DNA of 63,819 nucleotides, filler included, from Nemertoderma westbladi (taxonomy: Eukaryota; Animalia; Xenacoelomorpha): NCBI GenBank assembly GCA_032718475.1. It is 4 parts of 4 records of this genome, joined end to end, with 100 filler letters (N's around TTAATTAATTAA, not from the genome) between each part and the next. Parts side by side here need not be neighbours in the genome. Positions count along the whole stretch, not along the records: positions 46,914 to 57,747 come from JAUCBJ010006133.1; positions 57,848 to 63,819 come from JAUCBJ010002335.1; 2 more parts are not named here. One strand, given 5' to 3'. Positions 52,829 through 63,819 of the stretch are shown one piece after another. Numbering within the stretch: position 1 is the stretch's first letter; each line of letters opens with the position of its first letter. The translations under genes and the position numbers were made by a program. The notes below the pieces were generated by a model. The model had not been told where the DNA came from. It did not search any database and worked only from the letters and a program-made list of their open reading frames with translations.

Positions 52829-53196
52829 TGGGAAGAGATATTCAGCTGGCGGGGTAATACATTTAGAAGGAAACTAAATTTATAATTTGGCTCTATTCGT
52901 TGTTATTTATCTGGTTGTGCATCAAGGGCATTTTTTATAAATATTCGGTAATCTAATATCTTGTAAACGTGCTTGATAATGAAATTATTTGCTTCATATT
53001 ATATTTTTGTTAGTTGTAGCAAAGTTTCATTTTTTATTTCATGTGGGACGAGCCACAAAGTCAGCTAGCCTCACGCCTTACAGTTTAGACAATAATTGTT
53101 TAGTTTACTACTGCTGACTGATATAGTTAATTTGTAGTCTTGGCTAGGATTCCCCGGGCTCCTTTCTATTCACATATGGATTTTTGTAAAGATATA

Positions 53197-56176
53197 TGTA
53201 GCAATGTTTAACTGTGTGTACCAACTTACTGATGCTTTATTGTGGAACTTTGTGCTAGCTATGTAGCAATGTTTAACTGTGTGTACCAACTTACAGATGC
53301 TTTATTATGGAACTTTGTGCTAGCTATGTAGCAATGTTTAACTGTGTGTACCAACTTACAGATGCTTTATTAAGGAACTTTATGCTAGCTATGTAGCAAT
53401 GTTTAACTGTGTGTACCAACTTACAGATGCTTTATTATGGAACTTTGTGCTAGCTATGTAGCAATGTTTAACTGTGTGTACCAACTTACTGATGCTTTAT
53501 TGTGGAACTTTGTGCTAGCTATGTAGCAATGTTTAACTGTGTGTACCAACTTACTGATGCTTTATTTATTATTGTGGAACTTTGTGCTAGCTATGTAGCA
53601 ATGTTTAACTGTCTGTACCAACTTACTGATGCTTTATTGTGGAACTTTGTGCTAGCTATGTAGCAATGTTTAACTGTGTGTACCAACTTACTGATGCTTT
53701 ATTGTGGAACTTTGTGCTAGCTATGTAGCAATGTTTAACTGTGTGTACCAACTTACAGATGCTTTATTATGGAACTTTGTGCTAGCTATGTAGCAATGTT
53801 TAACTGTGTGTACCAACTTACTGATGCTTTATTATGGAACTTTGTGCTAGCTATGTAGCAATGTTTAACTGTGTGTACCAACTTACTGATGCTTTATTAT
53901 GGAACTTTGTGCTAGCTATGTAGCAATGTTTAACTGTGTGTACCAACTTACAGATGCTTTATTATGGAACTTTGTGCTAGCTATGTAGCAATGTTTAACT
54001 GTGTGTACCAACTTACTGATGCTTTATTATGGATCTTTGTGCTAGCTATGTAGCAATGTTTAACTGTGTGTACCAACTTACTGATGCTTTATTATGGAAC
54101 TTTGTGTTAGCTATGTAGCAATGTTTAACTGTGTGTACCAACTTACTGATGCTTTATTTATTATTGTGGAACTTTGTGCTAGCTATGTAGCAATGTTTAA
54201 CTGTCTGTACCAACTTACTGATGCTTTATTGTGGAACTTTGTGCTAGCTATGTAGCAATGTTTAACTGTGTGTACCAACTTACTGATGCTTTATTGTGGA
54301 ACTTTGTGCTAGCTATGTAGCAATGTTTAACTGTGTGTACCAACTTACAGATGCTTTATTATGGAACTTTGTGCTAGCTATGTAGCAATGTTTAACTGTG
54401 TGTACCAACTTACTGATGCTTTATTGTGGAACTTTGTGCTAGCTATGTAGCAATGTTTAACTGTGTGTACCAACTTACTGATGCTTTATTATGGAACTTT
54501 GTGCTAGCTATGTAGCAATGTTTAACTGTGTGTACCAACTTACAGATGCTTTATTATGGAACTTTGTGCTAGCTATGTAGCAATGTTTAACTGTGTGTAC
54601 CAACTTACTGATGCTTTATTGTGGAACTTTGTGCTAGCTATGTAGCAATGTTTAACTGTGTGTACCAACTTACTGATGCTTTATTTATTATTGTGGAACT
54701 TTGTGCTAGCTATGTAGCAATGTTTAACTGTCTGTACCAACTTACTGATGCTTTATTGTGGAACTTTGTGCTAGCTATGTAGCAATGTTTAACTGTGTGT
54801 ACCAACTTACTGATGCTTTATTGTGGAACTTTGTGCTAGCTATGTAGCAATGTTTAACTGTGTGTACCAACTTACAGATGCTTTATTATGGAACTTTGTG
54901 CTAGCTATGTAGCAATGTTTAACTGTGTGTACCAACTTACTGATGCTTTATTATGGAACTTTGTGCTAGCTATGTAGCAATGTTTAACTGTGTGTACCAA
55001 CTTACTGATGCTTTATTATGGAACTTTGTGCTAGCTATGTAGCAATGTTTAACTGTGTGTACCAACTTACAGATGCTTTATTATGGAACTTTGTGCTAGC
55101 TATGTAGCAATGTTTAACTGTGTGTACCAACTTACTGATGCTTTATTGTGGAACTTTGTGCTAGCTATGTAGCAATGTTTAACTGTGTGTACCAACTTAC
55201 TGATGCTTTATTGTGGAACTTTGTGCTAGCTATGTAGCAATGTTTAACTGTGTGTACCAACTTACTGATGCTTTATTTATTATTGTGGAACTTTGTGCTA
55301 GCTATGTAGCAATGTTTAACTGTCTGTACCAACTTACTGATGCTTTATTGTGGAACTTTGTGCTAGCTATGTAGCAATGTTTAACTGTGTGTACCAACTT
55401 ACTGATGCTTTATTGTGGAACTTTGTGCTAGCTATGTAGCAATGTTTAACTGTGTGTACCAACTTACAGATGCTTTATTATGGAACTTTGTGCTAGCTAT
55501 GTAGCAATGTTTAACTGTGTGTACCAACTTACTGATGCTTTATTATGGAACTTTGTGCTAGCTATGTAGCAATGTTTAACTGTGTGTACCAACTTACTGA
55601 TGCTTTATTATGGAACTTTGTGCTAGCTATGTAGCAATGTTTAACTGTGTGTACCAACTTACAGATGCTTTATTATGGAACTTTGTGCTAGCTATGTAGC
55701 AATGTTTAACTGTGTGTACCAACTTACTGATGCTTTATTATGGATCTTTGTGCTAGCTATGTAGCAATGTTTAACTGTGTGTACCAACTTACTGATGCTT
55801 TATTATGGAACTTTGTGTTAGCTATATAGCAATGTTTAACTGTGTGTACCAACTTACAGATGCTTTATTATGGAACTTTGTGCTAGCTATGTAGCAATGT
55901 TTAACAGTGTGTACCAACTTACTGATGCTTTATTGTGGAACTTTGTGCTAGCTATGTAGCAATGTTTAACTGTGTGTACCAACTTACTGATGCTTTATTG
56001 TGGAACTTTGTGCTAGCTATGTAGCAATGTTTAACTGTGTGTACCAACTTACTGATGCTTTATTATGGAACTTTGTGCTAGCTATGTAGCAATGTTTAAC
56101 TGTGTGTACCAACTTACTGATGCTTTATTGTGGAACTTTGTGCTAGCTATGTAGCAATGTTTAACTGTGTGTACCA
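53197..56176 (-). repeat. 65-bp satellite, ~45 copies, derived from an alpha-catenin exon end plus its splice donor
   Basis: Minus-strand unit GTACACACAGTTAAACATTGCTACATAGCTAGCACAAAGTTCCAYAATAAAGCATCW|GTAAGTTG. Confidence 0.95.
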
Positions 56177-56264
56177 CTGATTCCATTAGGTTTTTCGCAG
56201 CCTGTATCAATGACGTCGCACTGTCCAAGCCGGAGACAATCACTTCACCAGAAATGTGCTGAAC
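56118..56264 (-). CDS. CTNNA: Alpha-catenin, penultimate coding exon (actin-binding domain end)
   Basis: TTTTTAG|VQHISGEVIVSGLDSATSLIQAAKNLMESVVHTVKHCYIASTKFHNKAS|GTAAGT, with the hallmark SLIQAAKNLM and Y.ASTK. Joins 50935 in phase 0. Confidence 0.95.
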
Positions 56265-56885
56265 CTAAAAATATAAAAATATGAGACTTTTATACCTGGA
56301 CCGGTACCGGTACCGGAACTGCTTCCTATGCGAATACTTGCAATACTGGAGATGCATAAAGTGTATTGGAATAAAATAAAGTGTATTGGAGTAAAATAAA
56401 CTTTATTATAATAAAATAAACATTATATTCTGGAGTCTGGAGTTGAAGTTTTTTCAAATTTCCACACATTCTGCCAAAAAGTGGATTTACAAAATAGTCG
56501 TGTCAATCCAGCATAAAACCGGAAGTAATTAGAAATCACTCCAATCCATATCTTTAGCCAATAAAGTTTGTTAATAAAGTCTATTTCCTTTTGCCGAGGT
56601 TATAATGATAATTTACTGAATTAAAGCGCCGTTTTAACGAACAGATGCTAAAATTACCTCTAATTCCTGGCTACTAAGTTTTACTCAGAGCTAGGTTTTC
56701 GCTCAGCACATGGCTCGCCCCAGAACACCGGTTTAGCCACACGATTACATCCGAGACACATACATACATACACCCCCCCCCCCCCCCCGCCCCCGCCGCA
56801 CACATAATAATAAAAAATTAGATTAACATAAAAAGATAAATAGAAATAAAGAAATAAGAAGAAATGCATTATAAATAATTCAATT

Positions 56886-57747
56886 GAATTAATGGACCCA
56901 ACTACTCCCTATAATCATATAGTCTTATTTATTAGATCGAATTAATGGACCCAACTACTCCCTATAATCAGATAGTCTTATTTATTAGATCGAATTAATG
57001 GACCCAACTACTCCCTATAATCATATAGTCTTATTTATTAGATCGAATTAATGGACCCAACTACTCCCTATAATCATATAGTCTTATTTATTAGATCGAA
57101 TTAATGGACCCAACTACTCCCTATAATCAGATAGTCTTATTTATTAGATCGAATTAATGGACCCAACTACTCCCTATAATCAGATAGTCTTATTTATTAG
57201 ATCGAATTAATGGACCCAACTACTCCCTATAATCAGATAGTCTTATTTATTAGATCGAATTAATGGACCCAACTACTCCCTATAATCAGATAGTCTTATT
57301 TATTAGATCGAATTAATGGACCCAACTACTCCCTATAATCATATAGTCTTATTTATTAGATCGAATTAATGGACCCAACTACTCCCTATAATCATATAGT
57401 CTTATTTATTAGATCGAATTAATGGACCCAACTACTCCAAATAATCAGATAGTCTTATTTATTAGATCGAATTAATGGACCCAACTACTCCCTATAATCA
57501 GATAGTCTTATTTATTAGATCGAATTAATGGACCCAACTACTCCCTATAATCAGATAGTCTTATTTATTAGATCGAATTAATGGACCCAACTACTCCCTA
57601 TAATCAGATAGTTTTATTTATTAGATCGAATTAATGGACCCAACTACTCCCTATAATCAGATAGTCTTATTTATTAGATCGAATTAATGGACCCAACTAC
57701 TCCCTATAATCAGATAGTCTTATTTATTAGATCGAATTAATGGACCC
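56886..57747. repeat. 53-bp satellite, ~16 copies, running off the contig end
   Basis: Unit GAATTAATGGACCCAACTACTCCCTATAATCAKATAGTCTTATTTATTAGATC. Confidence 0.95.
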
Positions 57748-57847
57748 NNNNNNNNNNNNNNNNNNNNNNNNNNNNNNNNNNNNNNNNNNNNTTAATTAAT
57801 TAANNNNNNNNNNNNNNNNNNNNNNNNNNNNNNNNNNNNNNNNNNNN
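57748..57847. other. Artificial contig linker
   Basis: N44-TTAATTAATTAA-N44. Confidence 0.97.
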
Positions 57848-59727
57848 TAATAAAAAAAAACATTTCTACTGCAGTAACAAATAATTATTGTTAATGCAGA
57901 AAAACACAATTTTTTTTATTACTGCAGTAATAAATATTTGTTACTGCAGTAATAATTACTTGTTAATTCAGGAACACATTAGTATTTATTACTTACTGCA
58001 GTATTTTTTTGGAGTATTTTCTTGCACTGTAGGCCCTATTCATTATAAGTTTTTATTATTGATATTTCGACCCTTTAGAAACGCCATAAATAAAGAGTAT
58101 TGTTTTGACTATACTCATAAACCACACGGTTTCGTATATTAAATTATACATCATAATATGATGTATAATTTATAAAGCAAAATTATATTATCATTTTGCT
58201 TTCATTATCTCATTCTGCTATATACTGTATTTGGTGACCATCTTGTACAGGTCGAACGTAATGAGTTTTGCAGTGGATACGAGTACCCATCTGCCATAAA
58301 TCAGCAGTTACTCGCAAAATTTTGAGAATTGGCATAGTTATAAAGGTCGTCAGTCTGCGTTTAGGAAAATTTTTTGACATAAAACAGGACGGAGCTCAAC
58401 TAGGATAATGCAAGGAGACGAAGATTGTAAAATTTAAAATATTATACTTGACTTAAATAGCCCTTGTACTGTAGTAGCTTTACAAATTATTTCACCTCAC
58501 TCCTTCTGCTTAGCGGGTGAACCAGAATTTTTAATTTGTTCTCATTTAGCTACCAGTGTTTGAAAAAGGAGTCTCCGGCGATATTTCAGAAGTTACAGTA
58601 GAATTATTCTTCAAATTTATTAAGTGATTTGTTGTTACCAATCAATCGAGAGCTGGCCGTGGAAGGTTTCCAAAAATCTTAAAACATTTGAATTTGTTTG
58701 GGAAAAAGCTGAGATATGGGCATTCGAAATTTGCAGTAGTAACTTTCTTTGAACTTCCCCGGTAATTTGAGAGTGATCTCAGAGATTTTTGTAATCATAG
58801 GCCTAGAGTTCCTACCCATTTTTCAGTATGTCATAATTAGAATGGTTCAACTGAGACCTGCCAAGCAATGGCTGCACATTTAGTTATATAAATTATAATA
58901 CGAAATCTAAAATAATCTGATCGTGTAACTTGTACAGTATATTACAGTTGTTTCATTCTTTATTGAAAATCAAACGGAATTAGTCATTCGGCATTATTGA
59001 GTAATCCACCTTCGGTAATTTTGGTTGAATTTTCCTCGTTGATTACCCTACAGTAGGGCGCACAATGAAAAATAATTACAATAGTCGTCCCCTGGTATTC
59101 TGCACTTACTAACATTAATACAGTAGTTTAATTAACTTTACAGCTGTATTGTGTAACACGCTTCATTCTTATTTGTCAATAACACTATTTCATATTCTGA
59201 CACTTTAAAAAATGGCTAAACATGCATAAAATTTCACAAAAACTAAGCAAATGGCCATGTTAAAGCACGCAAAAGTGGTGTGAATAATAAAATATCTGAC
59301 TAAGCGGATATCAAGCATGATATATTTACCATAAAATAAGTTGAGGGGAGATGATATGAGTTGGTAAGAGATGGGCACTGGGGGGCTGTTGAGCGCGTGT
59401 GTTACCAATACATATGTTACTTATTATATAGGCTGCTGTATGTTATGTTATATACTGCAGTACTGTACTACAGTACATAATAACACAATACAAAGTTTGA
59501 AGAATTAATTCGAGTTTAATTAATTCGGGTTTTTAAAATTGGCCATTTTAAAGCGTAACCTACTCCACAAAATTTAAATTTAAGAACCCGATTTTTTACA
59601 TTACTGGAGAAATGAGCTTTCACTTTGTGGATAGCCACATAGTTCATTATAGGAAACTGCTGAATGGATAATATCCATTGGAATGGGAATGATTAATATT
59701 GGCTTATTGCCTAGGAGTATATCTGTG

Positions 59728-59740
59728 GTTACCAAGCAAC
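59728..59740. promoter_or_regulatory. RFX X-box upstream of WDR19
   Basis: GTTACC-A-AGCAAC fits GTNRCC(N0-3)RGYAAC, ~660 bp upstream of the ATG. IFT genes are established RFX/DAF-19 targets. Confidence 0.6.
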
Positions 59741-60398
59741 CATATCAACATACATGGATTTTAGTTTGTTGGCAGTCAGTAGATTATCTTTCACTTGCAG
59801 CCATAGATCACGGTACCGGTACTGCATTGCAGTTGGCGTGTCGAACTGTACATATATCAGTATATCGGCAGCGGCAGTAAATAAATACCCATATGTGATC
59901 ACTGATCTGCTAACTGTTAGCCTTTATCTACTTTCTGACGCGCACAGTCAGACAGTACGGTATCCTACTCTGCTACTGGAAGTGACAGATCAGCTACACC
60001 GAATTGATTATACAGGTAGCCTAGGACTGTAGGAAGGTAGGTTAGGTAGGAAGTAGGTCAGTAGGTGGCCCCAATGCTGCAATGTGCTAATGCGCGGTTT
60101 GTAATTTGAACGTGTACCAACTGACACACATTTAATAATTATCATTCATTCAATGGTATAATAAAAAGAGTTTAAGTTCGTTCTTCGGTTTTGTTTTATG
60201 TTTTGGTCTATCCTTGATCTTTACTCTCGGAAATACTCAATAATTTACAGAGTGTGGTGAAATCAAATAGGCCAACAATTTATCAAACATTTAAACATTT
60301 AGGCAAACTTAACTGAGACTTTCTTTAAACATTAACTTCCTTTCGTTCAGCGATTTATTGCAAGACTATATAGAAGTTAACGTCTATTACAAACCAAT

Positions 60399-63300
60399 AT
60401 GAAGGAGTTATTCAAAGTTCCCCCCATTCCGGGTGGCGGGGCCAGTGACCAGCAGATTATCTCGTGGCAGACCAACAAGGGCAACTACCTAGCAGTCGGG
60501 ACGGCGATCGCTAAAACTGTCCGAATTTACGACAGACACGGCGTGTTGCACTCGGATGTCCCGACACCCGGCGGGACATTGGGACTCTGTTGGGACAAAG
60601 ACGGGGACAACTTGGCGATAGTATGCGATAGGTCAACGAGCGTGATACTATGGGACAGCATGAAAGGGAAAACGACTGGGGTGGAAACCGGACTGAAGGA
60701 TGCGTTGTGCTTCGCGATGTGGTCTAGATCGACTGCGCATCTCGCTATCTGCACCGTAAAGGGAAACCTCGTGATTTACAATCATTTAACCACCAGAAAA
60801 ATACAGGTTCTAGGTAAACACACGCGTAAGATAACGTGTGGGGCGTGGTCTGCTCAGAACCTGATAGCTCTTGGAGGCGAAGATAAAACTCTAACTATTA
60901 GCAACATCGAAGGCGACACGTTGAAGATGGCGACGTTACGTAATGATCCTTCGTTAATTTACTTCTCCGATATGAAAATGGACGAGCGAAGCACGACAGG
61001 GGAGAATACAGTTAGTTGTATCATCAATAAACGGACTTTGTATTTGTACAACCTGAATGACCCGGATAATCCGGTTGAGTTGGCTTTCCAGAGTCGGTAC
61101 GGGACCATAGTATCTTACCATTGGTACGGCGACGGCTACATAATGATTGGGTTCTCCGCTGGAATCCTAATCGTTATATCGACGCATCGGAAGGAGATAG
61201 GGCAGGAAGTATTCCAGTCGAAGGATCATAAAGGTAAGTTGATAAACAGACGAATCGCATTCGAGTAGTACAGACAAATGTTGTTTTCTAATTTATCACT
61301 TCATGTGAAAATATTACAAAAAATTACAATTTGTTTTATAACTGTCCTGTTTAGAATTTCGGTTGTTATATGGGCATTCGTTTTCTATGCATTTTTATTT
61401 AGTATTCAAATTAAAACCTCTTAGTACCGGTACTATTGGAAAAATCTTTGTATTTAATTCAAACTATCCCCACAATGCCTGTGATGACTTCGAATAAATA
61501 TTATTTAATCATATTCACCGCCATTTGCCATGGATCGGGGATCGGGAGATATTCCAAAGTTAACCCTTTCACACTGCGCTGCCGTAATAAATCAATATTT
61601 TCTAGTATATTATGTATTTACTTTCAGACACGTTGGAGACTGTTATCCTTACGACAGCGACCTCCAAATGCGCCACAGCCGGAGACAACCAAGTAAAGAT
61701 CCACGATCTCAATGATCTAAAGATCATATCCGATGTAATAAGCGTGGACGAGGAACGACTAGTTACCGACCTGAGTTGGACGGACAACGGACAGCTGCTG
61801 GCCGCGGTTGGTTCCTCTGGGGCGGTCCACGTCTACCTGACCAGACTGCCCATGTTGGGCTGTGGTCACGAGACCCGCGTGGCGACGCTGACATCGTTAC
61901 GCGAGACCACGATACTGTGCCCAGCGGAGCCGGAACGCCCCGTGGTGGTGATCCCCCTGGACGTGGAACCCACCTTCCTCGCTCTCGGCCCCTTCCATCT
62001 CGCCGTCGGGTTTAACAACACCGCGGATTTCTACGCCGTCGGCGAGAACGAGGTTGACACTGAATGCCGAGTCGTCCAGGTCGGGAAGCATGAGTACCTC
62101 GGGACCGTGGTCGACTTGCATATAAACGCCGAGTATTCGGCAGCTCTCCTACTAGACGGCCGCATTCAGTTGCAGGCGATATCTACCGGGGCGGAGGTTC
62201 CCGAGGATAGAGATTGTAAACTCCTTCCCGAGCGATCCGGATCAGGTAGGTTAGGTCAGCTGATCGCCACTCTACAGTACTTATATTTTACTGTAGATCG
62301 GGACGGCTATCTTTCTTGCAAATAAAGTTTTATTGTATAAAATCCTGGAGTTGCAGCGAAATTGATTATTTTATTTCTTAATAGATTGTATAGTAAATCT
62401 GCTATAATTCCCCGCTTGTGTTTGAAAGCTCTAAAATAGTTAACGTGTATAATATTATAAAAACTACTCTTTAGGTGCTCAGCTCAAGCTCTGCACGCGA
62501 ATATAGCATACTATATCATAGCTACTTTACTATTCAGAATTCACTAGTGTGAAAACATTAACTCTAACCAAAACAATAAACTATAGTCAACAGAACATGT
62601 TGCAGAATTCTCTTTTTGGGTGCGTCGAAACCCCCCCCCCCTTTTTCTGATAATTTAACATTGTGATTGTACTTGTGTCCAGAGAGTGTATTAGCAATTA
62701 GATACATGCAAGGACGCCTGTGTGTGTTCTACCTATCATTGGATTTACCCTTGGTACTGTTTACCAGTTAGGTTATATTTTTGTATATTTAATATTACCC
62801 CCAGGTAGGATTCTCAACCTCGCCATCACTAGCGAGTTCCTCATCTACTCCAACGACTCCGCCCAACTCTTCTACTTCCTCATCGACGACTGGACCCACG
62901 TCAACGACTTCCGCCACTCCTGCAACATCGTCGGCGTCTACCCGGACGCGCTCGGCATCCGAGTCGTCATCATCGACGACGAATCCTCGGGGTTCGTCTA
63001 CAACCCGGTGGACGACCAACTCGTACCCATACCCTCCTTCCTCGCCACCTGTAAGAACGTCCTGTGGGAGGCGTACCCCGCGAATCGGGACGTGTTCGTG
63101 GCGTACGACGACCGCGTCATCGTCACCTACTCGTACTCCCGTAACTCCATATACGAACCCGCGGTGGAGCTGATAGGCAGGACCAGACACCCGTACGGCC
63201 ACCACCCCGTGATGCTCTACAACGGGTTGCTAACCTGCCAGATACAGAGTGGTCGGCCAGTCAACATACATCTGGAGACCCACAGCTTCAAAGCGAAGAT

Positions 63301-63703
63301 CGCTAATAGAGAGTTGTCTTCGGAGGAGTTACACAAGGGGTTGAAACAGTGTCTATCGTTGCGGCGATGGAGTGACGCGTGGGAGCTCAGCGTTGCCATA
63401 AACGACCAACCTAGCTGGGCTCTGTTCGCTAAGACCGCAGCCGTTTCCATGGAGATGGATCTCGCGATTCGTGGGTACCGTGAGTTGCGTGATATCGGGA
63501 CGGTGTTGAGTCTGCAGGATATCAAGGATATCGAGGACAAGCAGTTGCTCAGCGGGCATATTGCCGCGATCCTTGGCGACTTCAACACGGCTCAGGATCT
63601 CCTGCTGAAGTCCTCGAACCCGTGCGCCGCTCTACATTTACGGAGAGATCTGCTGCAGTGGGAAGCCGCGCTGAAACTCGCGAAAACATTAAGTCCCGAC
63701 GAG
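60399..63703 (+). CDS. WDR19: IFT144/WDR19 (IFT-A), exons 60399-61233, 61628-62245 and 62805-63703; next exon probably starts at 63817
   Basis: WD40 motifs WDKDGDNLA, VLGKHTRKITCGAWS, ELAFQSRYG..W.GDGYIMIGFS.G, YLTRLP and TPR-region LRRDLLQWEAALKLA. GT-AG junctions with matching phases. Confidence 0.96.
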
Positions 63704-63819
63704 GTGAGCAAATGTATGAACTTAAGTTGAAGTGGTTGATTTGGTTTTGTTTCTCAAAATATTTTGAGTTATTTTGAGAGCGAGCTGTAAAACTCGCTAA
63801 AGGTCTCTTATTGCAGTTT

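Noticed and set aside
56886-57747. 53-bp satellite as a second exon-derived array
   Set aside because: The minus-strand unit shows no alpha-catenin-like peptide or consensus donor.

Overview
This is eukaryotic (metazoan-like), AT-rich and transposon-rich DNA, not a prokaryotic locus. Four unrelated contigs (1-20366, 20467-46813, 46914-57747, 57848-63819) are joined by artificial 100-bp N/TTAATTAATTAA/N linkers. Conserved host genes I can read are three exons of a DOCK-C (DOCK6/7/8-like) GEF, an intronless TAF8, a HAUS8/augmin-like ORF, the last two coding exons of alpha-catenin (missed by the ORF track) and the first three exons of WDR19/IFT144 with an upstream RFX X-box. The rest is nested mobile DNA (IS3EU-like, L2-group, RTE-group, CRE, Gypsy, piggyBac-like, Merlin-like, Tc1-type MITEs), satellites, a 4.25-kb tandem duplication and orphan ORFs. 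Most striking: (1) a ~45-copy 65-bp satellite built from the last 19 codons of an alpha-catenin exon plus its 5' splice site; (2) two intronless orphan proteins sharing an unrecognised ~45-aa helical module, apparently nested with TAF8 in a very large DOCK intron; (3) an RTE-group LINE with a ~91-bp target-site duplication, while a sibling copy has 11 bp. All family assignments come from recalled motifs, not database searches.
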